Assembly: GCA_038087875.1 (NCBI GenBank)
Contig: CM075989.1
Location: 4,340,001-4,404,000 of the forward strand
Source: Malacoraja senta
Lineage: Eukaryota
DNA: 64,000 nt
Reading direction: 5' to 3'
Shown: piece after piece, positions 35,860 to 48,641 of the stretch
Layout of the letters: each line of letters begins with the position of its first letter
Numbering within the stretch: position 1 is the first letter of the stretch
Made by a program: the position numbers and the translations under genes
The notes under the pieces: generated by a model
The model's database searches: none
What the model was told of the DNA's origin: nothing
Seen by the model: the letters and a program-made list of their open reading frames with translations, nothing else

Positions 35860-36480
35860 CCTCTCCGCAAAACTCACCCAGGAAGCAATTTGTCTTAAAT
35901 TGGAAGTTGACGAAAGAGTTAAAGCAGAAGGAAGGACTAGTCACTGCAGCTAATTAACACGGGCTCATTAACAGCAGCCAGAACCTGCACAGCGATCTTT
36001 CCCCTGCATAAATCTAGAGCTAACCTCCCCACCACCTCCCAAACCTACCAGCTATTAGCATCCTCATCTTACATGGCTCCACACCTCACTGACTTAACCC
36101 CTCCACCTCCCCTCACCCCCTCCCCTCGCACACACGAGTCAAAGGAGCCGGCATCGCGACAGGCCTGCTGGAGTCCACGGAAGTTATCTCTGCATCTGCC
36201 TTGCCTTTGCTAACGAGTAGAAGGGAGTAGATATTCAGTGCAGCAGTGGTGGTGTTTTGGGTCTCTCTCGGGAGGAGGTGGGGGGAGCGGTGGGGGAGCT
36301 AGGGTCGGTTTGCCTTTATTTGTCAGACTTTGATGCATAAATTATTCGATGTGTGCGGCACTTGTCCCTTCATTCCGGGCTGCTGTCTCAGCTGGCCGCT
36401 CCCTGGTACCGTCATGCCAGTCCCTGGGCTTCTGCTGGCAAGGAAGAGAAAAATAAGATGGAGCTCGCTCAAACGAAAGA
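35860..36480. promoter_or_regulatory. Candidate conserved non-coding/promoter-like element
   Basis: Unique block with TAATTAA, CATTAA, TCAAAG, CTTTGATGCATAA and GC-box-like motifs. Minus-strand donor G|GTGAGT at 35878/35877. Confidence 0.45.
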
Positions 36481-36808
36481 CTAGATTTTTAATCACATAA
36501 AATAAATTTTAAATCCATACACACACAAACAGTTTGAATTCATCCTGGTAATCAATTGTGTTGATATTGATTGTGTTACCTTCTTTTTAATTTGGAACTT
36601 CATTGATAAATATCGATTTAGAAGTGGTTTGATATTCAGAAGCAAGGTGCAGTTTAGTGCTATTACACTCCCTGTGATGCATATATCAAGATAAGGGGTG
36701 TGTCAAAGTGGGTGTGCTTTAATCTGGTTTATTTATCGATGTGTCAAACGCTCATCCTCAGGATGTTAAAACCAGGGACGATCATAAACGGAGGCAATGA
36801 TAAAGTAA

Positions 36809-37317
36809 AGGCTCTGTCTCACGGTGTTGCGGTCATTGGCGGTGAAGCGCGGCGTCACCGGTAGAGGGGACCGCACGTCAACCCCGAGAGCGCCGAGTAC
36901 GGCCGGTCCCACGAGCTTGCGGTGTTATAGAAAATAAAGCAAGCGGGGCTGTGGCGGCGGTAGTGCTGATCGCGGCGCCCGTGCCGCACACGTGCCTCAC
37001 TGGCGGAGGCTGTGGCGGTGACCGTGCTGCTCACGTGCCTCACTGGCGGAGGCTGTGGCGGTGAGAGTTCCACTCACGGCGCTCGTGCCGCACTGGCGGC
37101 AGCTGTGGCGGTGACTGTGCGTCACTGGCGGCGGCTGTGCGGTAAGAAATTATTTTTCAACAGTGCTGACTTTTTGTGAGCACCGTGCGGTTTTGGGACC
37201 AACGCCGCACGGCCTCGGCGGTGGGCGTTTGACCGAACCCGCGGACTCTGGCGGTCCACGAGCGGTAGATACTTCTTGTATCACCGCCAATGACCGCAGA
37301 CTCGTGAGACAGGCCTT
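36809..37317. mobile_element. PIF/Harbinger-like MITE (GGCGG-repeat family)
   Basis: TIR AGGCTCTGTCTCACG..TGCGGTCATTGGCGGTGA / TCACCGCCAATGACCGCA..CGTGAGACAGGCCTT; TAA/TAA TSD. Confidence 0.85.
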
Positions 37318-37546
37318 TAACTCCATTAGATATATCGCTTTAGATCTCTAAGCGAGATCAAAAAGGCAGTCAGCACCATCAAGAACCCACGCTACTCTGG
37401 CCAAGCTCTCACTTCACTCCTACTATCAGAAAGAAGGTGAAAGAGTCTGAAAACCATGACCTCCAGCTTCAGGAACAGCTTCTTCTCTAAGATCACCAGG
37501 CTCTTGAACATTACATAGACCAACTAAACTACTCACTAAAAACTGT

Positions 37547-37663
37547 GTCGGAAGGAACTGCAGATGCTGGTTTAAACCGAATATAGACACATAAAGCTAG
37601 AGTAACTCTCTAGAGATCGTGTCTGTCCCGCTGAGTTACTCCAGCTTTTTGTGTCTATCTTTG
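37547..37663. mobile_element. Short Penelope pLTR inverted element in a Rex1-type 3' remnant
   Basis: Perfect 13-bp TSD CACTAAAAACTGT at 37534-37546 / 37664-37676. Confidence 0.85.
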
Positions 37664-37787
37664 CACTAAAAACTGTCTTGGTTGCACAAGAGACATTTGG
37701 CTTGTTTTGTACTAATATTGCTTCATTAATTTATTCTTTTTTGTTGTTTATTGGTGTATTTTGTGTGTTCTGTGTTTACAGACCTGT

Positions 37788-37987
37788 NNNNNNNNNNNNN
37801 NNNNNNNNNNNNNNNNNNNNNNNNNNNNNNNNNNNNNNNNNNNNNNNNNNNNNNNNNNNNNNNNNNNNNNNNNNNNNNNNNNNNNNNNNNNNNNNNNNNN
37901 NNNNNNNNNNNNNNNNNNNNNNNNNNNNNNNNNNNNNNNNNNNNNNNNNNNNNNNNNNNNNNNNNNNNNNNNNNNNNNNNNNNNNNN
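37788..37987. other. Assembly gap (200 N)
   Basis: Run of N. Confidence 1.
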
Positions 37988-38366
37988 AGAGCCTTAAAGT
38001 AGCTTATAATGATGCCATGAGAATATTACTTAAGAGACCTAGATGGTATCGTGCAAGTGAAATGTTTGTGGCTGCAGGAGTCCATACTTTACAAACTGTC
38101 TTAAGAAATTTTATGTATACATTTATTTGCTGGATTAATGACTCTGAAAATGAAATCATCTTGGCCTTTTCAAACATAAGGTTTAGCACTACATGCTACC
38201 AATCCCAGCTATGGAGACATTGGTATGGTTGTCTCGTTGTAGGACACTGATTTTTTTTATTCTTGATCTTAAACCTTGAATTGTGCTTTTGAATTCAAAT
38301 GATTCTATGTAATGTCTTGTCTTTATCTGGACCTTGAGTCTGCAATAAAAAGTAAGTAAGTAAGTA
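37988..38366 (+). mobile_element. LINE 3' end, probably RTEX clade
   Basis: SLKVAYNDAMRILLKRPRWYRASEMFV C-terminus; AATAAA plus (AGTA)n tail. Clade call is from motif recall. Confidence 0.6.
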
Positions 38367-38532
38367 ATAAATAATCAAAGATGTTCAGTAGATATAAAGC
38401 TTACCAAGCAAATAATAATAGTGTGAAGACAAAGACTTTCACCTCTCATCCCCAGGTGCTTGGGATGTATGTTCAGGAGAAGTTTTTTATATAAGCAAAT
38501 ATATAATGGATTTTTTTTTAGGTTTTCAATTT

Positions 38533-39618
38533 TTAGTTTAGTTTAGAGATACAGTGCGGAAACAGGCCCTTCGGCCCACCGAGTTCGCGCCGATCAGTGA
38601 TCACCGCACACTAACCCTATCCAAAACACACTAGTCAAGTCATCAAGTCAAGAGAGTTTATTGTCATGTGTCCCAGATAGGACAATGAAATTCTTCCTTG
38701 CTGCAGCACAACAGAATATAGACGGCATAAATACAGAACAGATCAGTGTGTCCATATACCATAGAATATATATACACACATAAATAAACAGATAAAGTGC
38801 AATAGGCTGTTATAGTTCAGAGTTTGTTTGAAGTTGTGTTTAATAGTCTGATGGCTGTGGGGAAGTAGCTGTTCCTGAACCTGGATGTTGCAGATTTCAG
38901 GCTCCTGTACCTTCTACCTGATGGCAGCGGAAAGATGAGTGTGTGGCCAGGATGGTGTGGGTCCATGATGATGCTGCCAGTCTTTTTGAGGCAGCGACTG
39001 CGATAGATCCCCTCGATGGTAGGGAAGTCAGCCGATGATGGACTGGGCAGTGTTTACTACTTTTTGTAGTCTTTTCCGCTCCTGGATGCTCAAGTTGCCG
39101 AACCAAGCCATGATGCAACCGGTCAGCATGCTCTCTACTGTGCACCTGTAGAAGCTCAAGAGAGTCCTGCTTGACATACCGACTCTCCGTAATCTTCGCA
39201 GGAAATTGAGGCACTGATGTGCTTTCTTTATAATTGCATCAGTGTTCTGGGACCAGGACAATTTACAATTTTATCAAATCCAATTAGCCTACAAATCTGG
39301 GGTGGAAGATTGCAACCTTCACGTGGTCCGCCCTGTTTCGACTAATGCAATCAACTCGACGTGCACAAATGGAAGATCAAATAGAACAAGTTGTCCAACA
39401 ACTTTAGGCTGTGCACGCCACACGAAAGAAGAAGTAGAAGCCTACAAATCTGTACAACTTTGGGATGTGGGAGGAAACGGGAGTACCCAGAGAAAACTCC
39501 TCGCAGGTCACGGGGAGAACATACAAACTCCGTACAGACAGCTCCCGTAGTCAGGATCGAACTCACGGGCCTCTGGCGCTGTAAGGCAGCAACTCTATCG
39601 CTGCACCATCGTGCCACC
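38533..39618 (-). mobile_element. HE1-like SINE split by a Rex1/Babar fragment (38635-39255) and a 139-bp insert (39300-39438)
   Basis: SINE consensus resumes after each insert; Rex1 ORF 39028-39261. Confidence 0.87.
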
Positions 39619-39779
39619 TTATAATTTGTCCTGAAAGTTCTGAATGAACTAATGTTTTATTGACTCTTGCTCTTTACTGGCATCCTCGTCAGAGTCATTC
39701 ATCTTGTTTGAGTATTGGGGTGATGTTGGACTATGAGATCCATTGAATCTGATCCCAATTCTGTCCATCCATTTGAACT

Positions 39780-40272
39780 CTTTACGATGATGTTGTCAGG
39801 ACTCGAGGGCCTGAGCGATAGACAAGGGTTGAGCAGGCTAGGACTCTATTCCTTGGAGTGCAGGAAGATGAGGGGTGATCTTATAGAGGTGCATAGGATC
39901 ATGAGAGGAATAGATAGGGTAAATGCACACTTTTACCCAGAGTAGGGGAATCAAGAACCAGAGGGCATATGTTGAAGACAAGGGGGGGGGGGGGAAGATT
40001 TTGTAGGAATCTGAGGGGCAACTTTTTATTCAAAGTGTAGTTGATACATGGAACAAGATGCCAGAGGAGTTAGTTGAGGCAGGTACTATCACAATATTAA
40101 AGACACATTAGACAGGTACATGATAGATTTAGACAGGTAGGATAGATTTAGTGGGATATGAGCCAAATGCTCGCATGTGGGAGTAGTGTAGATGGGGCAT
40201 ATTATTTGGCGTGGGCAAGTTGGGCTGAAAGGCCTGTTTCCATGCTGTACGACTATGTCTCTATGACTCTCT
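39780..40272 (+). mobile_element. CR1 3' fragment
   Basis: LSRLGLYSLECRKMRGDLIEV; GACTCTAT-type tail. Confidence 0.85.
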
Positions 40273-40454
40273 AGCTAGGTTCATTGAAAAGTAATTAGGA
40301 GTGGAAAATAATATATCCATTTAGTAGCTCCGAGCTACAAGATTCAATGACTCCATATTCATATCAACGTAATTATATAATGAATAAAACATAATAATAA
40401 GTGACAGAGACCTCTCGAGGAGTATTATCCAACTAAACTGAACAGCAAGCCATG

Positions 40455-40690
40455 AACACTGACTTCTCCAATTACAGGTAGTCCTTGCTTTCTCGCTCCT
40501 TCCTCTTCCATTCCCAGCTATCCCACAGCCTACTATCTCCGCCTCTTCCTTTCTTTTTCCTGACCCCTCCCCCCCCCCCCTCACCCCCACGATATCAGTC
40601 TGAAGAAGGGTCTCGACCCGAAACGTCGCTTATTCCTTCGCTCCATAGATGCTGCCTCACCCGCTGAGTTTCTCCAGCTTTTTTGACTAC
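40455..40690 (+). mobile_element. Penelope 3' end plus pLTR with 12-bp TSD
   Basis: TSD CAGCAAGCCATG at 40443-40454 / 40691-40702. Confidence 0.88.
40600..40627 (+). ncRNA. Minimal hammerhead ribozyme motif
   Basis: (AGT)CTGAAGA AGGGTC TC GACCC GAAA CGTC(GCT); 3-bp stem I possible. Confidence 0.72.
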
Positions 40691-40819
40691 CAGCAAGCCA
40701 TGTAAGGAGAGTTCGGATAAAAATGACTTGAAGTTTGACCAATAAAGTAAATCAAAGAACATCTTGAAGGAAGAAAGTGCGATGGAAAGTTTCTTAGCAC
40801 CAATTTGACTGAGAGAACA

Positions 40820-41141
40820 GTTTACTTTAGCTTAGTTTAGCTTAGTTTAGTTTAGTTTAGAGATACAGTGTGGAAACAGGCCCTTCAGCCCATCAAGTCC
40901 GTGCCGACCAACGATCCCCATATACTAGCTCCATCCTACAAACTAAGGACAATTTACAATCTTTACCTAAGCCAATTAACCTACAAGCCTGTATGGCTTT
41001 GGAGTATGGGGGGAAACTGGAGCACCCGGAGAAAACCCACACAGGTCACGGGGAGAACGTACAAGCTCCATACATAGTCAGGATCGAACCCGGGACACTA
41101 GCGCTGTAAGGCAGCAACTCTACCGCTGCACCACCATGCCA
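40820..41141 (-). mobile_element. HE1-like SINE
   Basis: Reverse consensus with (TTTAG)n tail. Confidence 0.9.
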
Positions 41142-41714
41142 CATGAGTTGCTGGGATTAGAATAGAGATGCACAAGTGACTTGATGAGGAAAACCAGAGA
41201 TGTTGATAGAATGTTTCGACAGAGTAGATTGCCCAGTCTGGGATGGGCTTGGGAAGTGAGGGGCTCAGTTCTGCTTTAGTTCAGTTTTAGTTTATTATCC
41301 CGTGTACGGAGATACGGTGAAAAGTTTTTGTTGCGTGCAAACCAGCCAGTGGAAAGACAATACATGGTGCTATGGTGGGATTGGGAATGTCACAAATTCA
41401 TTTATTCGATTGAGCATGGCAATGTTAACATGGAGACATTGTCACAGAGGGCTCCCAGCCCACAAAGAATGAGATTAGCATTCTATGGATCAAAGTGTTT
41501 TATGTGACGTGCTTTTTCAAAAATATCTTCATATTTCCTGATGTAATCCACCACCCGAACAACAAATGGTTGTCACTAGAGTAACAGTTTAGAGTGAACT
41601 AGAGGGTACAATAAGGAACTTTGAGAGATGCAAATGTTCAATCCTGTCTGATGCTCACTTCTAAGATCAAACTAATCACAGTTCTCCTATTTCTTTGTAA
41701 ACCAGCATCTCCCT

Positions 41715-42572
41715 GGTATACACTGATGGCACTGAAGTAGAAATGGTTGATACTTTCAAGTTGTTAGGAATAAATATCACCAGCAACTTGGCCTGGACCA
41801 GCCACATCGAAGCAATGGCCAAGAAGGCACACCGACACCTCTACTTCCTTAGAAGGCTTAGAAAGTTCAGCATGTCCCCAACAACCCTCACCAACCTCGA
41901 CCGATGTGCCATAGAATGCACTTTATTAGATGCATCACACTATGGTTTTGGAACAGCTCCATCCAAGACCACACAGAATTGCAGAGAGTTCTGGACACAG
42001 CCCAGTCCATCATACAAACCAACCTCCTTTCCATTGACTCCATCTACACTTCACGCTGCCTCAGAAAGGCCACCAGCATAATCAAGGACCAGTTTCACCC
42101 CAGTCACTCCCTCTTCTCCCTTCTCCCATCAGGCAGGAGGTATAGAGTTTGAAACCGCATACCTCAAGATTCAGGGACAGTTTCATCCCAGCTGTAATCA
42201 GGCAACTGAACTATCCTCTCACCAACCAGAGAACGGTTCTGACCTCCAATCTACCTCATTGCGCACCTTCAAACTATCTTTAATCAGATTTTACTGGACT
42301 TTTTCTTGCACAAAACGTTATACACCTTATCCTGTATCTGTACACTGTGGATGCTTTCAGTTTCAGTTTCAGCTTCAGTTTAGTTTATTGTCACGTATAT
42401 CGAGGTACAGTTTTTGTTGCGTGCTATCCAGTCAGCAGAAAGTCAATACATGATTACAATTGAGCCATTTCGGCTTGATTATAATCTTGTGTAGTCTTTT
42501 CCTTGCATGGACAGCAAGCTTTTCACTGTACCTTGTATCTTGGTACACGTGACAATCATAAACTAAACTAAA
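41715..42572 (+). mobile_element. Rex1/Babar LINE 3' fragment
   Basis: VDTFKLLGINITSNLAWTSH...KKAHRHLYFLRRLRKF; SLFSLLPSGRRYR. Confidence 0.88.
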
Positions 42573-42584
42573 CTTCAGCTCATT

Positions 42585-42804
42585 TAAGAAGGAACTGCAG
42601 ATGCTGGAAATTCGAAGGTAGATAAAAATGCAGGAGAAACTCAGCAGGTGCGGCAGCATCTATGGAGCGAAGGAAATAGGCAACGTTTCGGGCCAAAACT
42701 CTTCTGTATGTCTGAAGAAGGGTTTCGGTCCGAAACGTTGCCTATTTCCTTCGCTCCATAGATGCTGCCGCACCCGCTGAGTTTCTCCAGCATTTTTGTC
42801 TACC
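42585..42804. mobile_element. Penelope pLTR/hammerhead inverted-dimer element (motif 42712-42739, GUU site)
   Basis: ~95-bp near-perfect inverted arms; 17-bp TSD at 42568-42584 / 42805-42821. Confidence 0.88.
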
Positions 42805-43399
42805 CTAAACTTCAGTTCGTTATTTTTAAACTGATCTCCTATATTGGGAATGAAAGAAAGATCTCGCCTCTTTCTCTCTTCTTATTCTATCTTTTGCCTG
42901 TCCACTGTTCTATCAAAATTCTAATTGCAAAAGCAACTTAAATTTGTTTTGCCCTTAAACATAGTAAAACTTCCTTGGGATGTTATGACGAAAAAAATGA
43001 TGTTAAGCCATATGAGATATGAAGGCAGATGTCTAAATCTTGGTTAAAGGGATAGAACGGAGAGGAGGGGAGAGTAGCACAGAGATACTTGGAGAAGAAA
43101 GTTCAGAGCTAATTTAGTGGCGATGCTCTCCAGTCTACAATTAAAGGGACATAAGTACCTTGCAGAGTTTATTGGTCAAGAGATCACAAGAGTTAACCAG
43201 GGACAACATAAAAAGGGAATCTGAAAACAAAGGAAGACATTTTAAAACAATCTATAATTAAAAGCCAACACAGGAACTACAAGCGGATAGAACCAAGAAT
43301 GTAAACTAGAAAGTAGACTGCAGAATTGGATGACCCCACGTTTAGAGAGTCTGTGTGAACTAATAACATGGCTGAGAAGTCCCTCAGCAGATAAGCAAA

Positions 43400-43712
43400 G
43401 GCAGGCTAGGATTTTATTATTTGGAGCACAGGAGGATGAGGGGTGATCTTATAGAGGTGTACAAAATCATGAGATGAATAGATCGGGTAGATGCGCAGTC
43501 TTTTGCCCAGAGTAGGCGAATCGAGAATCAGAGGACAGTGGTTTAAGGTGAAGGGAGAAGATTTAATAGGAACCTGAGGGGTAACTTTTTGTACACACTG
43601 AGTGGTGGGTATATGGAATGAGCTGCTGGAGGAGGTAGTTGAGATAAGTACTATTATAACATTTAAGGGACTTTTGGACAGGTACATGGATAGTATCGGA
43701 TTAGAGGGTTAT
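43400..43712 (+). mobile_element. CR1 fragment
   Basis: GAGGGGTGATCTTATAGAGGTGTACAAAATCATGAG. Confidence 0.85.
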
Positions 43713-43713
43713 G

Positions 43714-44060
43714 TTAGGTGTGAGGCCAACAAGTTTCAGACAGACCAAAGACTTTCACTGAGTTGATGACCTTCCAGCAGCACTTGATGTCCATCTCTGA
43801 ATGCCTCCCTGGGAAGAGTCCATAAATCATAGAGTCCTCTGTTACAGAGCTATTCTGGATAAACCGTGACAGGTACCCTGGTATCATCCTCCAGACTCTC
43901 TTTGCAAGATCCACATTCTGTGAAGAAGTTGGCAACCGTCTCCTCTCCATAGCAGCCGTCCCGAGGGCAGCGTGCGCTAGTAGTGAGGTTCCGACGGTGC
44001 AGGAAGGATCCGACTGGGAGGGCTCCCCTCACCGCCAGCCAAGCCAGATCTTCCCTCCAC
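43714..44060 (-). mobile_element. Tx1/L1-clade LINE fragment (zf-RVT region)
   Basis: DLAWLAVRGALPV...CPRDGCYGEETVANFFTEC. Confidence 0.8.
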
Positions 44061-44369
44061 AAATGCTGCCTGACCTGCTGAGTTGGTCCAGCGCTGCCTT
44101 TTGCTCAAGGATGTAATTTCACCTGCCTTTAACGGTCCCCCATCTATTCTAGGCTGAGCTTTACAACAATCCTACATTGTAGTTCCAATCATGTTCTCCG
44201 TAAATAGACATTGTTAGGAGCACGGGATGAAAGAATTATACCTTCCCCTCCCAGGTTTCACATTCCCAGCAACCAGGTCATTGGAAACAGTTGCTTGGTT
44301 ACCAATTGGGGAACTAAGCAAAAAGAGTCCAACAAGAGGAAGTGTGAAATAGAATCTGAAAAATGGTGG

Positions 44370-44852
44370 AGACAGACACAAAGTGCTGGAGTAACTCAGC
44401 AGGTCAGGCAGCTTCTCTGGAGAAAAAGAATAGGTGATGTTTCGGGTCGAGACCCTACTTCAGACTTATTAATTATAATGTCTATAGTAAAGATGAAGGA
44501 ATGGGAGCCAGGAAAACAGGTCATCAAAGAAAAAAAGGGCATGTCTTAATTAAGAAGGGTTTTCGCCCGAAAAGTTGCCTTTTTCCTTCGCTCCACAGAT
44601 GCTGCCTCACCCGCTGAGTTTCTCCAGCATTTTTGCCTACCTTAGATTTTCCAGCATCTTCAGTTCCTTCTTAAAGAGAAAAAGGGCATGTGAGGTGTCT
44701 TGGACATATGTTGGGAGGGATCGGACCAGGGGGGATAGGATGGAGTCTCATCGTCTATTCTTTTTCTCCAGAGATGCTGCCTGACCCTCTGAGTTACTCC
44801 AGCATTTTGTGTCTATCTTCTGTAAACCAGCATCTGCAGTTCCTTCCTACAC
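44370..44852. mobile_element. Cluster of Penelope pLTR copies; the copy at 44545-44672 has a 19-bp TSD
   Basis: TSD AAAGARAAAAAGGGCATGT at 44526-44544 / 44673-44691. Confidence 0.82.
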
Positions 44853-45019
44853 AGAAAATAATGGACTTCACTCAGCAACCAAAAGACAAGGTGAGGGCAA
44901 CTTTAGCCACTTGCAGCTTAAAGCTGAAACAGTGTGATTCTGAGTTGTTAGCTATAAACAATGACTTTATATAACGATGAATGATAATACAGTGTTTTAT
45001 GATATGCGTTTGAATTAAT

Positions 45020-45312
45020 TTAGTTTAGTTTAGAGATACAGCGCAGCAACAGACCCATCGGCCCACCGAGTCCGCATCGACCAGCAATCCCCATACACGA
45101 ATACTATCCTACACACACTAGGGACAATTTTACAATTTTACCAAGCCAATTAAGCTACAAACTTGTACGTCTTTGGAGTGTGGGAGGACACCCACAGAAA
45201 ACCCACGCAGGTAATGGGGAGAACGTACTAACTTCGTACAGACAGCACCCGTAATCAGGATCGAACCCGGGTCTCTGGCGCGGTAAGGCAGCAACTCTAC
45301 CACTGTGCCGCC
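45020..45312 (-). mobile_element. HE1-like SINE
   Basis: Reverse consensus. Confidence 0.9.
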
Positions 45313-45794
45313 ATATTTTTGATTTTTGATTTGAGTGTTTTTTTTAGTATTTTGATGAAAGGAACCATTACACATAACCAGCTTTACTGATGACTGTGGA
45401 GGTTTATGGTATTTCTTTTCAATTGCGTGCAGGTAAATTGCAAGTTATGGTAAACACAGAAAGGTAACCTCTGCAGCTAACTTTGATGGTCTCGGTAAAT
45501 GTCTTAGTTAGTGGGGTGTAGCAAAAATAACACATCAAAGGCACAATCTAATGGGCGATGAGGCATATCACACATGGGACAACATTAGCCTGGGAATGAG
45601 ATCACATCGCACTATTTATTTCAGCATCACACATTTGAAACAGTACTTGTTATCTAGTGAGGTAATTACAGCATAATACTACTTCCAGGTCATCTTGTGC
45701 CACTCTGGAAATGTGACCAGCTTTTCCAGCCATAAACCGCATTTGTGCATCAAACATGATATGTGTATCTATTTTGTCGGTTTACTTTTAATCC

Positions 45795-46032
45795 ACGCTG
45801 ACCAATGATCCCTGCACACAAACGCTATCCAACAATTTATAATTTTGCCAAAGTCAATTAGCCTACAAATCTGTACGTCTTTGGAGTGTGAAAGCGGATC
45901 TCCCAGAGAAAACCCATGCGGTCACGGGGAGAACATGCAAACTCCGTACAGACAGCACCCATAGTTAGGATCGAACCCGGGTCTCTGGCTCTGTGAGACA
46001 GCAACTCTACCACTGCGCAACAGTGCCACCCC
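45795..46032 (-). mobile_element. HE1-like SINE
   Basis: Reverse consensus. Confidence 0.85.
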
Positions 46033-46911
46033 AAAGATAATTCCCTTTTTTAAAGATTTTGAACCGTTTTATCCCAGGAGAATTATTATTAGTCACTCTC
46101 AGGACAAGCACAGCCCAGAACCAAAGAGAGTTAAGAGTTAGACGTAGCGTTTATCACACAGAACATAAAGCATAGAACAGTACAGCACAGGATCAGCCCC
46201 TTTGGCCATCAATGTCCATGCTGAACATGACACCAAGATCAAACCCTATCTGCCTGCAAGTAATACATATCCCTTCATCCCCTGCATATCCATCTACATA
46301 TCCAAAGCTTTCTTAAATGCCACATAGAACACATATACAGTGTAACATAAGATAACATAGAACTAGTGTTAGCAGGTGATTGATGGTCAGCATAGACTTG
46401 GCAGGCCGAAGGGCCTGTATTCTTTCCATCAATCAATCAAGGGCCCAGTTCAACAGTATCAACTAGAATGAAATCCTCTGAGATTCACTGTTGACTGAGC
46501 CCCTGCCCTGACTTGCTGCCCACTCTTTGATCTTTGCCAATAACACTCTGATGACCCACCCCCTGATCCTCCCAGTGGAAGGCACAGGCTCTACCTGCCC
46601 TTTCCACACTGGCATTTTACTCGATATCCGCCACCAACCCCATGGTCGCTAGCACCCACCTCCCCTCCCACGTTGAAATATGTCTCGGTCTTCACTTCTC
46701 CATGATGTGGCCTTCGTCCCATTTAGTTACACAAACTAAAGACCACGCTCCAAAGTCATCCATGCTTGTAGGTTAATTGTCTTTGGTAAGTTGTAAAATT
46801 ATCCCTAGTGTGCATAGGTTAGTGTACGGGGTGATCGCTGGCCGGCGTGGACCCGGTGGGCCAGAGGGCCTGTTTCCATGCTGCAAGTCTAAAGTTTGTA
46901 TGTCTAAATTC

Positions 46912-47175
46912 CACAGTCAACCGCGCCTTTGCGGTTGCAGCTCCTAGACTGTGGAACAGCATCCCTGCTCCCATCAGAACTGCCCCCTCCATCGACTCCT
47001 TTAAGTCGAGACTAAAAACCCATCTGTACTCCCAAGCCTTTCTTGACGTCCTCTGAGCGAGGGCTATATGTATGTAGTTTGTTTGTTAAACTATTCTTAT
47101 ACAAATGTAAAGCACTTTGGCCAACGAGAGTTGTTTTTTAAATGTGCTATATAAATAAATGTGACTTGACTTGAC
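46912..47175 (+). mobile_element. L2 LINE 3' end
   Basis: RAFAVAAPRLWNSIP...IDSFKSRLKTHLY; TGTAAAGCACTTTG...AATAAA; (TGACT)n tail; CTAAATTC flanking repeat. Confidence 0.88.
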
Positions 47176-48641
47176 TAAATTCTAAACTGCTCTAACCTCC
47201 CAAACTGCAAAAACAATAATTTTTTTTAATCCTCAATCTTTCATTGTGTGGGCTTGTGTGAGGACAACTAAAATACATCCCTCTCCTCTGGGACTAGCAG
47301 GGCGGCAGGAAGATGCAGCAGTTAGTGCTGCTGCCTCACATTTTCAGAGGTCTGGGTTTGGTCCTGACCTCAGATGTTGTTTATGTGGAGTTTGTACATT
47401 CCCCTACTGACCATGCCACAGAGTAGATGGTATTCTCGTACATGCCAAATATATGTTGGTTGGTTAAATAGCTATGTAAAACTTTCTCCTAGTGTAGGTA
47501 AGTGACAAGAAGACTCAAAGTGGAATTGCTTGGCTTGTGAGAGTGCATACATGGATACAGGGAGATGGAATGGGTGGCGTCTCTGTTGTTACGTAAATAA
47601 ACCTTATCCAGCGGACAGTATTATGCCTCGTGCTTTCTTTCCACATACAAGCAAAAGAAAAACTGATCAATTAAAAAAAAAATTTGAAGTAATTCCTTAA
47701 GAAATTAATCATATGCTAAATTGCTTCTCCTTCTCCCCAATTCTAAGATGTGTTCAGTGAAGATGAATTTTGATCTATGTATTGATCGACTGGGGAGTCT
47801 TTACCTCATACTGTTGTATACCTGTATATAGTGTGTGTGTTTGTGTGTTTAGTTTAGTTTAGTTTAGAGATAGAGCACAGAAATACGTCCTTCGGCCCAA
47901 TGAGTCTGTGCCGACCAGCGATCCCCGCATGTGTGTGTGTGTGTGTGCATGCACACGTGTGCATGCATGTGTGTGTCAAATACCAAAATTAGCCAACAAG
48001 ACCAAAATTTATCACTTATCCCAAATTATTCCTCAAATTGCTTTTGAGACGATCAAGAAATTGGAACCCAAATTATCCTTATTCTTCTCTCTATATCTCA
48101 GAAAGCAGCATAATATACTGAAAACATCCACATCTCTCACTGATTCAAGCTTCAAGAGACTCTCAGAGCCACTAAAATAATTATCAAATTTCACAGTTTC
48201 CATAATTGTGCAGCTGTATAAAGGTCACTTTAAGAATCGGAGAAGCTATATTGAAACTGGCACAGGTAATGATGTTAGAACAATCCTACATCGCACAGAG
48301 TAGCTACAGAGTAATACTGATATTGTTCTGTTCCATCTCACTGCTAAATTGCTCAGCAACTTATCTTAGGCACTGTTTATTATAACCTATTCATGGAGAC
48401 TTAGATCCTGAATTGATACCAACAGTAACATCCTGTAAATGGTGATAGATTAATGCAGTGATTACTTTGTGCTCCACAATGTGATTTTATTACTAGAATT
48501 TTCAGTTTGTACATATGCAAATATACATCAGATGATGAGAATCATTCAGACATCTGTGAGCCTGGGACAAGGCGAGAACAGGACAGGAAGAAGAGTCAAG
48601 AGTGACACAAAATGTTGGAGTAACTCAGTGGGTCAGGCAGC

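Noticed and set aside
35496..35957. Leu/Ser-rich or Arg/Glu-rich ORFs
   Set aside because: Artefacts of CT low-complexity sequence.
37651..38250. ORFs spanning the N run
   Set aside because: Artefact of the assembly gap.
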